DNA of 64,000 nt from a virus (lineage: Duplodnaviria; Heunggongvirae; Uroviricota; Caudoviricetes; Crassvirales). The stretch lies in the IMG/VR virus record IMGVR_UViG_2974731182_000001, one strand, 5' to 3'. A program made the translations under genes and the position numbers. Below the pieces are notes generated by a model. It saw only the letters and a program-made list of their open reading frames with translations. It searched no databases and had not been told where the DNA came from. Below, in pieces: positions 1 to 9,028 of the stretch. Position 1 is the first letter of the stretch; each line of letters starts with the position of its first letter.

Positions 1-46
1 AAAAAAAAAAAATAAAAGAAAGGCCAGCCAACTAACTGACTGGCCT
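1..46 (-). terminator. Rho-independent terminator for the minus-strand operon ending at nt 55
   Basis: On the minus strand: a 7-bp stem AGGCCAG/CTGGCCT (21-27 and 40-46) with a 12-nt loop, followed by a U-rich tract (the complement of the plus-strand A-run 1-20). Confidence 0.6.
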
Positions 47-54
47 TCCTGAAT

Positions 55-480
55 TTAGGAAAGAATTTTCTTTTTCCTAGGTATGATTATATTTGAAGGA
101 GCCACATCTGGAATTTCCTCATAATCTTCAATTACAAAATCAATGTCTCTGTCTTGAAGTAGTAAACATTGCTTATTATCCAGTTCGATTATGTCAAAAT
201 TGAAGGTTACAACTGGATTATCAGTAACAATACCATCTTTTAAAGATCCCTCCTTATGTTTTTTAACTGCAAATCTAGAAGGATTTATACATACAATATC
301 TCCTACATTAATTCCTCTTACTGAGTCTCCTACAGCAAGTACTGTCTGATATTCTTTTAGAGTCCCTTTTTGTCTACTTGTATCTATTAGGCCAGTAGAG
401 GTTTTTACATCATTCTCATACTTATTCATGGTAGTCACTAATGTAGTGAACATAGGACGTATCTTTTTTACTTTAATCAT
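55..480 (-). CDS. GroES-like co-chaperonin (cpn10 fold, analogous to T4 gp31)
   Basis: Aligns by eye to GroES: 'IRPMFTTLVTT' matches 'IRPLHDRVIVK'; 'TSTGLIDTS...EYQTVLAVGDSV' matches 'KSAGGIVLTGSA...GEVLAVGNG'; 'INVGDIVCIN' matches 'VKVGDIVIFN'. It is longer than GroES and has inserts. Confidence 0.55.
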   Translation of the reverse strand: MIKVKKIRPMFTTLVTTMNKYENDVKTSTGLIDTSRQKGTLKEYQTVLAVGDSVRGINVGDIVCINPSRFAVKKHKEGSLKDGIVTDNPVVTFNFDIIELDNKQCLLLQDRDIDFVIEDYEEIPDVAPSNIIIPRKKKILS

Positions 481-751
481 ATTTATCTTTCTTTCTTAAT
501 TTACTTATATATTCGAATCTCTTTTTCATCCTAGTCATTCTATCGAATGTACAAGATAGTTTTCCCAGGCTTGGAATATTAAAGTTAGTTCTTAATTTAG
601 AGAATTCCTCTTCACTTAGATTATCCTTCAATGGTAAGGATTGAATAGTTTGCCTTATGAACTCCCAATAAGATTTATAGGCTAGTTTTACTACTTCAAT
701 TGGGATACCTAAATCTATAGCAACTTTATTCAAAATGTCTTCATACCTCAT
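473..751 (-). CDS. hypothetical small basic protein (possibly DNA-binding)
   Basis: ORF in the track; packs in the same orientation with a 4-8 nt overlap to its neighbours. Confidence 0.45.
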   Translation of the reverse strand: MRYEDILNKVAIDLGIPIEVVKLAYKSYWEFIRQTIQSLPLKDNLSEEEFSKLRTNFNIPSLGKLSCTFDRMTRMKKRFEYISKLRKKDKYD

Positions 752-1173
752 TTTAATTCAAAATATAACAATAAATGAAAAGCATTACATCCTTCCTCTA
801 TATTAGGTATGAATCTAGGATTTATTCTACCATTTATTATTACCTTGTTCTTCCTTAGCTTTCCCATAATTACTTGAAAATGAGGAAGAGTTATATTACA
901 CTCTTCTCTCACTTTTCTTTTAGTATCTTCACTCATAGTAACTTTATCAAGTATGTCATTATCTTTGATAACTTTACTGAGCTCATATCTATGTTTTACA
1001 AAACATGCAATAACATCTATTTCTCTGTCTGTTAAATTATGGAAAGGTCTAAGAAACTTAAACCAGTACTCAAAAAATTTACCATCTAGTGAAGTAGGAA
1101 TTCTAATAACATTATTAGCTTTCCTATTCATATATTTAATTTTCGGATTGGCCTGAATCTTCTTTAGGTTCAT
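748..1173 (-). CDS. hypothetical protein
   Basis: 141-aa ORF, collinear with the minus-strand operon. Confidence 0.5.
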   Translation of the reverse strand: MNLKKIQANPKIKYMNRKANNVIRIPTSLDGKFFEYWFKFLRPFHNLTDREIDVIACFVKHRYELSKVIKDNDILDKVTMSEDTKRKVREECNITLPHFQVIMGKLRKNKVIINGRINPRFIPNIEEGCNAFHLLLYFELK

Positions 1174-1432
1174 CTTCAGGGTCAGGAAGAGTCATTAAAG
1201 ACTCTATTTCTGAAGTACATTTAGAAATGAATTCTGCATTAAATGCATGAGCATTTTCAATTACCTTAAAGAGATAATCTAATCTTTTGAACATATTCTC
1301 TAGATTAGATTCTTGAAGTTTTGCATACAATTGTCTAACTTGCTCACTCAATTGATGTGCTACATTCTCTAACTGCTCATAACTCATTTTTGCATTCTCT
1401 TTTACTGCTGTATCTTTTACATTCTCTTCCAT
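1136..1432 (-). CDS. hypothetical acidic coiled-coil protein
   Basis: 98-aa ORF with E/D-rich termini. Confidence 0.4.
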   Translation of the reverse strand: MEENVKDTAVKENAKMSYEQLENVAHQLSEQVRQLYAKLQESNLENMFKRLDYLFKVIENAHAFNAEFISKCTSEIESLMTLPDPEDEPKEDSGQSEN

Positions 1433-1440
1433 TATACTAT

Positions 1441-1689
1441 TTATATTAAATGTTTCCCGTATTTCTCTTTATATAATTCTCTCCATTTATCTATATTTGT
1501 TACTAAGACAGATGTGCTTCCACATTCATCACAATAGTCAAGTTCTGGATCATCATCATCTATCTTCATGATATTTAAAGATAGACAGTTTCTACAATAG
1601 GCTACTGGAATCTTCTCATAGTCTTCTTTACTGAGCTTCTCTTTTGTAGTATTTAATAAGTTGTCCATAAATATTCTTCTTGTATTCAT
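1441..1689 (-). CDS. zinc-ribbon protein
   Basis: CRNC...CDEC arrangement (CxxC-x17-CxxC). Confidence 0.45.
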   Translation of the reverse strand: MNTRRIFMDNLLNTTKEKLSKEDYEKIPVAYCRNCLSLNIMKIDDDDPELDYCDECGSTSVLVTNIDKWRELYKEKYGKHLI

Positions 1690-1921
1690 TCACACTTCTA
1701 CTATGAGCTTTTTTCTTTTTACTAGTATTAGCTCTATTATTGAAAGGTCTTCTTGGAATGAGAAATCCTTCTCCAGTTACATGATTTCTTTTAATAGCTC
1801 TCCTCACAGATTTATATCTTCCTACAGCTTCAAAAGTTTTCAATCCACTGTTATCTTTTATGTACTTCTCAAACTCTTCTTGAGGCATTAGTTCTCTTTC
1901 TACTACTTCCTGCTTCTCCAT
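1628..1921 (-). CDS. hypothetical basic protein
   Basis: 97-aa K/R-rich ORF; 62-nt overlap with the downstream ORF, so the true start may be internal. Confidence 0.35.
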   Translation of the reverse strand: MEKQEVVERELMPQEEFEKYIKDNSGLKTFEAVGRYKSVRRAIKRNHVTGEGFLIPRRPFNNRANTSKKKKAHSRSVNEYKKNIYGQLIKYYKREAQ

Positions 1922-2118
1922 ATTAGCTTTCTTTTAAATTGGGATATGTCTATAATAAATAAGATATATCTGGTCTTTGTCTTTCATTATTGAAACTATA
2001 TCTTCTTTAGATATAGAATTATTGTTAGCAAAGTTAATAACTTCTCTCACTGTATTCCCAATGAATACACTCATTACATTTCTCACTTCCATTGCCTTAG
2101 TAAACTAATAAAAACTTA

Positions 2119-2190
2119 GAGCTCCCTAAAGGATTCAAACCTTTATTCTCAGAGTACAAAACTGATTTCCTAGTCGTTAGAAGAAGGGAG
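2119..2190 (-). tRNA. tRNA, anticodon probably UGU (Thr) by manual fold
   Basis: Reverse complement reads GCTCCCT-tc-TTCT-aacgacta-GGAA-a-TCAGT-tttgtac-TCTGA-gaat-AAAGG-tttgaat-CCTTT-AGGGAGC-t. The acceptor stem is a perfect 7 bp and the T-arm is 5 bp with a TTTGAAT loop. The anticodon stem has one mismatch, so the anticodon assignment is tentative. Confidence 0.6.
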
Positions 2191-2197
2191 CAACACA

Positions 2198-2644
2198 TTA
2201 ATAAGGTCTAATATCACATAAACCAAACAAGTACTTATACTTATTAATATTTTGGATAAAAGTCTCACATTCAGATGTTATACCTTTATACACAGTTTCT
2301 TGGGGAATTTTATCATAAAATGATAAAGTATCTATTTTTACCTCTTCTATGAAATCCATAGCATTCAATGTATCACTTGGTATTCCCTTTATCACATTAG
2401 GTTGCATCTTTCCTAGAATTCCCATATAACCTTCAGCCAATCCATCTTGATAATCTCCTAAAATATCTAGGAACTCATCCAGATATACATGAATGTTTTT
2501 CTTGGGAGCAGCCCAATGAAGGTTTTTACATTTAGTTTTCCATCCTTCCAATTTATTCAAGAAGGAGATAAATAAATCCTGAGTACTGTTTACTTCTCCT
2601 TTTCTTGAGGAATCTAAAGGAGTTAATAGTATATCTTCATACAT
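2198..2644 (-). CDS. hypothetical protein
   Basis: 148-aa ORF. Confidence 0.5.
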   Translation of the reverse strand: MYEDILLTPLDSSRKGEVNSTQDLFISFLNKLEGWKTKCKNLHWAAPKKNIHVYLDEFLDILGDYQDGLAEGYMGILGKMQPNVIKGIPSDTLNAMDFIEEVKIDTLSFYDKIPQETVYKGITSECETFIQNINKYKYLFGLCDIRPY

Positions 2645-2721
2645 AATAGTTATATCATTTATGTGTCTACAAAGGTAGACATATTTATTTAAATATACAA
2701 ATAATTTCTTGTTATTTTATG

Positions 2722-3042
2722 TTAAAAATATAGGAAAGATAATATAGCATAAGCTATTTTCGCCCATATACTCTGATCTTTATTAAGATCAACAGTTCCT
2801 GTTCTATCTCTCTTTATATGCAAATTATAAAGGAGATTATGAGCTCTCCATTCATTTATCATTCCAATAATACCTCTATGGTGTATTGCATAAAATTCTT
2901 TACTAGATTCTCTTATCTTATCTAAGATATCCATCATATCGTTCACTGATTTTATCTTATAAGAATCTATAATTGATGTATTGTTTACAGTCAAATTAAC
3001 TTTAACTATATTTCCATTACACTCGATAATTAATTTTTTCAT
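2722..3042 (-). CDS. hypothetical protein
   Basis: 106-aa ORF. Confidence 0.4.
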   Translation of the reverse strand: MKKLIIECNGNIVKVNLTVNNTSIIDSYKIKSVNDMMDILDKIRESSKEFYAIHHRGIIGMINEWRAHNLLYNLHIKRDRTGTVDLNKDQSIWAKIAYAILSFLYF

Positions 3043-3283
3043 AAGTTTTCTTATCCTTTCTTTATCTCATTCAATATATCGACTAATCCTAATTCTGCTG
3101 TTATAGTTCCAGCTATATCCGCTAAATAATTTCTTAAGAACTCTTTTCCCCAGATGGCATTTTACTTTCTATCCTTAGTAATAGATCATAAATAGCCACT
3201 TGAATTTTATTAAGGATCTCTTGGTTCTTTATTATCTCATCTAATTTTTCTTGTATTTTATACATTATAATTGATTATGAATT

Positions 3284-3871
3284 TTATACAAAATCGAACA
3301 AGTTTATTCCTGGTTTTACCTTTAAATAATTTTCTTTATTCTTTCTTCTTGAGTACAATTTCGGAAGTACCTTCTCATACCATTTAGAATCTTTCATTGA
3401 AGAAGCTATCCATAAGTGTATATCTGAATCCACTATATCTGAATCAAATTTATAGAGCTGCTTACCATCTTTTATCCTATATCCTCCGAAGAATCTAATT
3501 TTAGGATAATTTTTCTCCAAATATTTACATAGCTGTATAAATCCTTCATTATCTTCTATGTAAGATACTTTCCCTAGATTTAATCTAATATATACGTTTT
3601 CCTTTTGTAGGAGATCAAGTATATCAAATAATGTATAATTAGATTTATATCTAAATCTCTTATTGGAAAATTCCCACTTTAATGTCTTTTGATTAAAGCT
3701 TATTACTAAATCAAAACAGGATATTTTAATTCCGTTAATATAGGTCTCCAATTGTTCGAAAATATTCTTGGATTGGGTTCTAGAGAATAGAGAGTGCCAT
3801 AGTTTGGATAGCATGCCTGATGAAGGTAAATATGATCTGCTATCATTACTTCCTACAATGATTTCTTTCAT
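3284..3871 (-). CDS. hypothetical protein
   Basis: 195-aa ORF, first gene of the minus-strand block. Confidence 0.5.
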   Translation of the reverse strand: MKEIIVGSNDSRSYLPSSGMLSKLWHSLFSRTQSKNIFEQLETYINGIKISCFDLVISFNQKTLKWEFSNKRFRYKSNYTLFDILDLLQKENVYIRLNLGKVSYIEDNEGFIQLCKYLEKNYPKIRFFGGYRIKDGKQLYKFDSDIVDSDIHLWIASSMKDSKWYEKVLPKLYSRRKNKENYLKVKPGINLFDFV

Positions 3872-4423
3872 GTTACTTTTCCTTTATTTTATATTTTACT
3901 TTATTTCCTTTAGGGTATAGTTATCCCTTATGGATTTGTTAATTTTTTTTAAATCCATTAGAGGATATATTACTATATCCCCTTATCTTAGAATTTCATA
4001 GTGGGCGGTTTACCCCAAGAGCCTTTTACCCTCAACCTTTTCTCATCTACATTGGTAGGCTACCACTCCTTATAACTAAGACAGTTTTTGTATAGGGGTT
4101 ACCTCATTCCTATTTGGAACTACTACCCTATTCATCTCCAAAGCCTGTACATCAACTTTATGGTATGAATCTCTGGAGAGATAAGAACTGTAGATATTCT
4201 CAACAGGTACAAATGTAAGCAAAATAAATAATATATGCAAATTATTTAGTGAGATTTTATTTCGGTGCTATGAAAAATTTATTTTTTATTTTTTTTTTAT
4301 TTTTTTTTCTTAGCTTGTTTTATATGAGAGAGATGTACACCAACCACACCTCCCCCATCACTTAGCCAGTGGGGATATTCCCCCGGTATTAACTTATTAT
4401 CTAACAATTAAATTATTACCATT
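3872..4423. promoter_or_regulatory. 550-bp divergent non-coding region with GC-rich islands and long T/A tracts (candidate divergent promoters, origin or small RNA)
   Basis: No ORF. Local GC-rich segments (GTGGGCGGTTTACCCC, CACCAACCACACCTCCCCCATCACTTAGCCAGTGGGG) sit in an AT-rich genome. A T8/T9/T9 tract lies at 4275-4308. The region sits between diverging genes. Confidence 0.35.
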
Positions 4424-4684
4424 ATGGAAAAGAATCTTGTATTCAATGCAACTTTAACTGTTGAGCAATTTAAGGACAAAATGCATGTTTCACGCATTGA
4501 TGTTAAGAGGAATCCTAAGACAGACAAACTCTTCTTTACATTTGGAAGTAGTACTGGAGCTGTAGCATCAAAAGGAATTCCCACAAATCCTATGCTCAGC
4601 AATGTCACTACTCCTGACGGAGATAACTTCTGGCTTCTACATGAAGAGGGTAATGGTGGAGCACCTGTACTTGCATCATTCTAA
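4424..4684 (+). CDS. hypothetical protein
   Basis: 86-aa ORF followed by an intrinsic terminator. Confidence 0.45.
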   Translation: MEKNLVFNATLTVEQFKDKMHVSRIDVKRNPKTDKLFFTFGSSTGAVASKGIPTNPMLSNVTTPDGDNFWLLHEEGNGGAPVLASF

Positions 4685-4688
4685 AGAA

Positions 4689-4712
4689 AGGGTACTATGT
4701 ACCCTTTTTTTA
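4689..4712 (+). terminator. Rho-independent terminator
   Basis: Stem AGGGTAC/GTACCCT with a 3-nt loop, then T7. Confidence 0.6.
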
Positions 4713-4891
4713 TTCCTCTAAGCTTTAATAGTTTCAATCCTTTTAGTATTAATAGTAATTTATACTAACAGGTTTGAACTATTAAAGTCTAGTACGAAAT
4801 AAGAATGATTAGCAGATTATACTCTCTTAAGTATTATCTGTAAAATATAACTAAATTTACTGAACACATTATAGAATCAAATCTCCTAAAA

Positions 4892-5212
4892 ATGTCCAAA
4901 CACTTCTATAATGGTATACTTTATCAGATAGAGTATCAGCCACAATTGTCTAATAATGACTATACTCAACACAAAGTATATCATATAAAGACAAACGATG
5001 AGAATTATCCTCATGCAAGAAAAGCCATTGCTTCTATTATGGAGAGTGAACTTGGTTATGAGAAAGAAGCAATATGGAACGAAGGTTTATATCAACTGAA
5101 AAATGATAAAGAACCTTCCATATTAAATGCTCTTCATGTATACTATAAGTTCTCATATAATGAAGAACTTAATGTATATGTATATACTTTTGTCAGACCT
5201 TACGATGATTAA
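4892..5212 (+). CDS. hypothetical protein
   Basis: 106-aa ORF. Confidence 0.45.
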   Translation: MSKHFYNGILYQIEYQPQLSNNDYTQHKVYHIKTNDENYPHARKAIASIMESELGYEKEAIWNEGLYQLKNDKEPSILNALHVYYKFSYNEELNVYVYTFVRPYDD

Positions 5213-5654
5213 GATACAAATCATCACTTGATAGTAAACCTAGTATCAAGAGGCCATTGATTGATACATAGTAGATTAATATAATGGTTTACGCTATTCC
5301 CTGGACAAGAATAGTATAATAAAAGTTCCAAAAGATTGTACATACTCTAATATCTAGAGGGTTGTGTTATGTACTCTATAATCCGAAGTATTCACACAGT
5401 ACAAACTTGAATAGACGAAGTACAAGTCTATATCTAGAATTCTAAGTTATCCATAGGAATTATAGGAACTATGGGATTATAGGGATTCATTAAAAACTTA
5501 ATAACTTTCCAAGTCATTGAGGACACCAGTTTCTTATGAGAGATAATGACAATGTTACTTGCAGATTTATATAAATCGAGAGATAATGAGTATACTTGTT
5601 GCAATAAGTTTTAGGTGTAAAATGCAAATAACAGACTAACAAACAATTAAAACT

Positions 5655-5885
5655 ATGTCAAGAACTAAATTTAGAAAGTCGAGAATATGTAGTTCAGATA
5701 ATTACATACTCTCAAGAGAGATATATAAAAGCTATCTCTTGGAGCATCATACCAAAAATATAAAGGTAATTGAGAGTTATACAGAAATAAAATGTGCCTA
5801 TATTAAATGTTTTGATAAGTTAATTCCAATAACAGAACAAGAAGCACATTTAATACAAAACACAGTAACTATAATATGGAAATAA
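5655..5885 (+). CDS. hypothetical protein
   Basis: 76-aa ORF. Confidence 0.3.
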   Translation: MSRTKFRKSRICSSDNYILSREIYKSYLLEHHTKNIKVIESYTEIKCAYIKCFDKLIPITEQEAHLIQNTVTIIWK

Positions 5886-5985
5886 CCATGGAAGAACCTT
5901 ATTACACAATCTTATGCTTGTTATTAACAGGAGCATTCTTTATATATCTTACAGCACAAGATAATAGTTCAAAAAAGTAAGTAAG

Positions 5986-6198
5986 ATGAGAGTCATAAAA
6001 CTGATTATAAAAGGAGTGTTGCTATATGTAACATTCCTTTTGTCTTTTTTCTTCTTAGCAGGAGTAGATAGCATATATGACAATGGGTACTTCCTACACT
6101 TCATAACTATAATAATATCCATGTGTTATATCTGTTACAAGACTATTTCTAAAGAAGAATTGAAAAAATTAACTCTAGATAAATGGTTAAACAAATAA
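5986..6198 (+). CDS. small membrane protein
   Basis: Two hydrophobic helices. Confidence 0.35.
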   Translation: MRVIKLIIKGVLLYVTFLLSFFFLAGVDSIYDNGYFLHFITIIISMCYICYKTISKEELKKLTLDKWLNK

Positions 6199-6321
6199 AA
6201 AAAAGATAACATAAGAACAATAATAGTAATATTTACAGATCATAAAGTACCAGTTAGTGAAATCCCTAACTATAAAAAGTACAAATTTTTATGTAACTAT
6301 GACTTAGTTAAACAATATGAT

Positions 6322-6942
6322 ATGATCGAAGATCCTAGATATTGCCCTCAAATGATGGTAGTAGGATTTGATCCAAGTACAAAAAGGAGACAGAAAGGTT
6401 TGGTTCTTAAGGATATCTATATCACCAGAATAAACGGAAAATGTATTAATCAACCAATAGGATTAATAAATGGTAGCATACCAGAAACATATCACAACTT
6501 AAATAAACGAGAAGCAATCACGGAAGAATCTAGAACAATAAAAGTAACATTAGAACAAGCAAGAGAATGGTACAACAGTAATAATTTAGCACTAAGAACA
6601 CTAGCATTGAGTACTTTCAAGGAAAGTGAATTAAATATAGATCTTGAATATATCATGACGGCTATTATAGGTCGAAGAAAGATTTTTCCACTTACAGCAA
6701 AAGAAGTAACAAAACAACAAACATTAGCACATTTAAAGTTCATTGCTGAGTACTTCAATAAAACTTGGGAAAAAACTACAGAAAATGCTGGATACTTTAT
6801 AGGGAAACTCTATAAAGATGGGGAGATCGAAGTATTTGAACATAAGGGAACACAACATGCAGGTATTATCTATTTTAAGAATCCTGAGGATGCAGAAAAA
6901 GCAATTAAAATTCTAGGGAAAGAAGTACTTAATTTATTTTAA
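6322..6942 (+). CDS. hypothetical protein
   Basis: 206-aa ORF. Confidence 0.5.
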   Translation: MIEDPRYCPQMMVVGFDPSTKRRQKGLVLKDIYITRINGKCINQPIGLINGSIPETYHNLNKREAITEESRTIKVTLEQAREWYNSNNLALRTLALSTFKESELNIDLEYIMTAIIGRRKIFPLTAKEVTKQQTLAHLKFIAEYFNKTWEKTTENAGYFIGKLYKDGEIEVFEHKGTQHAGIIYFKNPEDAEKAIKILGKEVLNLF

Positions 6943-6977
6943 AACGAATTGTTAATCTGCGAAGATAGGCAATATAC

Positions 6978-7049
6978 ACTCTTATAGTTCAATGTATAGA
7001 ACAATTCTCTTCTAGAGAGTAGATATAGGTTCGATTCCTATTAGGAGTG
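6978..7049 (+). tRNA. tRNA, anticodon probably UCU (Arg)
   Basis: ACTCTTA-ta-GTTC-aatgtata-GAAC-a-ATTCT-cttctag-AGAGT-agat-ATAGG-ttcgatt-CCTAT-TAGGAGT-g. All stems pair (one G.U in each of the acceptor and anticodon stems). The T-loop is TTCGATT. Confidence 0.65.
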
Positions 7050-7204
7050 CGCAGGAAATCATAATAATACAAAAAGCCCATGAAAGATAGGAGTAATATA
7101 GGTTCAATAGCAATTATACGTATAGCAAAACACTTATACCTTTCTCAGATTCAATAAAGATTTTTGTTTATTTGACTGATAGGAATAGACTATCATTTTT
7201 AAAA

Positions 7205-7276
7205 GACTCCTTAGTTCAATGGAAAGAACAGTGGCCTTCTAAGCCTCTAATCCCAGTTCGAATCTGGGAGGAGCCA
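7205..7276 (+). tRNA. tRNA, anticodon probably UCU (Arg), different sequence from the first
   Basis: GACTCCT-ta-GTTC-aatggaaa-GAAC-a-GTGGC-cttctaa-GCCTC-taat-CCCAG-ttcgaat-CTGGG-AGGAGCC-a. There is one A-C mismatch at position 2-71. The T-loop is TTCGAAT. Confidence 0.6.
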
Positions 7277-7313
7277 CAATAACTATTTATACCTTTTATT
7301 CATTAACTTTTAA

Positions 7314-7646
7314 CAAAAAAAAACGACAACCAGAAGAAGATTTACTAAGGAAGAAGACAGACTTATCCTTAGTACAGTAGCTAAGAATCCTCACAATTTA
7401 TCAGAATGCTTTAGAGAAGTAGCTACTAAGATAAACAGAAGTCCAAAGTGTATTGCAAACAGATGGTATCATTACCTATCTAAGAAAGACTCCAATGACA
7501 AGACAAATACTGTCTTTATCACAGTAGGGAAGAAGAGTGTAAACTATAACAGAAAGACTGCAATGGAGAACACTCAACAGCCTGAGAAACAAAGATCCGG
7601 TATTTGGAAAACAATATTCAAGTTATTTTTCAGTAAGACGAAATAG
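7314..7646 (+). pseudogene. 110-codon open frame with no start codon, encoding a Myb/SANT-like DNA-binding domain (pseudogene, exon or unusual initiation)
   Basis: Frame open from TAA 7311-7313 to TAG 7644-7646. No ATG/GTG/TTG occurs before codon ~83. The translation contains 'RFTKEEDRLILSTVAKNPHNLSECFREVATKINRSPKCIANRWYHYL' (Myb repeat pattern: W/F...EED...L...RW..HL). It begins immediately after an A9 homopolymer (7314-7322). Confidence 0.4.
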
Positions 7647-7650
7647 AAAA

Positions 7651-7755
7651 ATGAAAAGAATAAATATTAATGATTACAGTAATGAAGAACTCCAGGTGAA
7701 AAAGACAGAGAAAATGAAATCTGGAAAGAAAGTAAGAAAAATGAAAAGAGATTGA
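7651..7755 (+). CDS. very small lysine-rich ORF (34 aa)
   Basis: ATG 7651 to TGA 7753-7755. Not in the track (too short). Confidence 0.2.
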   Translation: MKRININDYSNEELQVKKTEKMKSGKKVRKMKRD

Positions 7756-8319
7756 CTATAGGTGGAAGAAGATGTTACATACAGCAAAAAAATCAGTATT
7801 AACAACTTCTTCCACTATAATACGGGGCATGATTTGGTTTTGATTGCTAATTATTTGGTAAGAGAACATGTAAAGACTGATGGAAAGACATCAAAACTTT
7901 AACTGGCAACACTTATAGAGCTGCCGCCTAACTTATAGGCTGAGCCTCACTTGCTTGGAAACAGAAAGGTGAACAATAGGGTCAAGAAGGAAGTTAATAA
8001 GGCTATACCTACTTTCAATACACCTTTAATTGATCATAGTTTGTTTATTAGTCAAGGAGCAAGCTGTCTGGTGTATACAGAGGGTGTGACCCTTTCAATT
8101 TTAATTCTTATAACTCCTTATGAAGATTTCTCTATTAGATTAAATAGAGTGGTGGATCTGTCAACTATCGGTTGACCCCAGTAGAGAACCTACTACATAT
8201 CAAAGTGGTAAACATGTGAAATTCTTTTATTAAAAGTTAGTAAGACGAGGGTTTAAGTTCGGACCCACTTACTAGTGATAGTATTTACAAAATAGGATGA
8301 ACTCAGGGAACGCTAAAAT

Positions 8320-8470
8320 AAAAGCTCAGAACTAGCTTTTATCATGCCAATCCTGAGCTAAGCATTAGGTACACCTAATGAAAGTGCAACGACTACTGGA
8401 GGAGTACAGTCTCCTTAATTACCAGCTTGAGCGTCCTACCCTCAAATTATTGAGGTGATGATATAGTCTA
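8320..8470 (+). ncRNA. Group I intron-like catalytic core (P4 and P7 element look-alikes)
   Basis: GCTCAG (8324-8329) pairs with CTGAGC inside AATCCTGAGC (8349-8358), resembling the P/Q elements and P4. AACGACTAC (8388-8396) resembles R (cAGAGACUACa). GATATAGTC (8460-8468) resembles S (AAGAUAUAGUCC). GACTA/TAGTC can form P7. Confidence 0.4.
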
Positions 8471-9028
8471 ATCTTCTATGAAAATAGAAGCAGCAATTTC
8501 TCTGAGATAAGCTTTAGTAGTCTCATCTGACATAGTTCCTTTAAGATAATTGATAGGAGTCGCAACAAATTGCACGTTACCTTTAATATATCCTTTAGAA
8601 GAATCTATTCTGTCAAGTGAAGCTCTATATCTTATGTCAGGATTAGTATTCCAAGTAGGTAAAACAAGTTTAAGTCTTGTATAAGGACAAATACCATTTT
8701 GTGAGTTCCAAAGTTCCACAAGATAAGGTAAATCTAGATTAAATTCTTTACACCTGTTTCTTACGGTTCTTAGAATTTCTCTAAATGGTGTGTACTCATC
8801 ATTTCTATTACTACTATAGTTTCTTATAGAGTTTCTAGACCCTATTTGAGCTTGAGTAAGAGGCTTGTTGAGAGATGCAATGTATTTACCGCAACAAGAC
8901 CTTGAACAAAAGTTATGTCTGCCTAATTTAATATTTCTTTTATACTCTGATTCTGGTTTAGAGAAACTCTCTCTACAGTAATCACAAGTGACAGTTACTA
9001 GTTTTCTTTTCTGTTTGTATAACTCCAT
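8468..9028 (-). CDS. HNH homing endonuclease (HNH_3/AP2-type)
   Basis: N-terminal Cys-rich zinc motifs (CDYC...CSRSCC) and 'LDRIDSSKGYIKGNVQFV' (H-N-N type motif). The ORF abuts the intron-like core. Confidence 0.7.
   Translation of the reverse strand: MELYKQKRKLVTVTCDYCRESFSKPESEYKRNIKLGRHNFCSRSCCGKYIASLNKPLTQAQIGSRNSIRNYSSNRNDEYTPFREILRTVRNRCKEFNLDLPYLVELWNSQNGICPYTRLKLVLPTWNTNPDIRYRASLDRIDSSKGYIKGNVQFVATPINYLKGTMSDETTKAYLREIAASIFIED

Noticed and set aside
953-1156. Plus-strand 67-aa ORF embedded antisense in minus-strand gene 748-1173
   Set aside because: Fully overlapped by a better, operon-consistent minus-strand ORF; low-complexity hydrophobic translation typical of antisense artefacts.
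6978-7049. Alternative fold of the first plus-strand tRNA giving a CUA anticodon (amber suppressor), which would imply TAG recoding
   Set aside because: That fold needs a 2-nt position 26, a 3-nt variable loop and an internal anticodon-stem mismatch. The UCU fold is canonical. All giant late ORFs are open under the standard code, so there is no sign of TAG reassignment in this window.
7951-8175. 74-aa plus-strand ORF upstream of the intron-like core as a possible 5' exon
   Set aside because: The translation has no recognisable features. It overlaps repeat-rich non-coding sequence. No matching downstream exon was found; retained only as context for the intron-like region.
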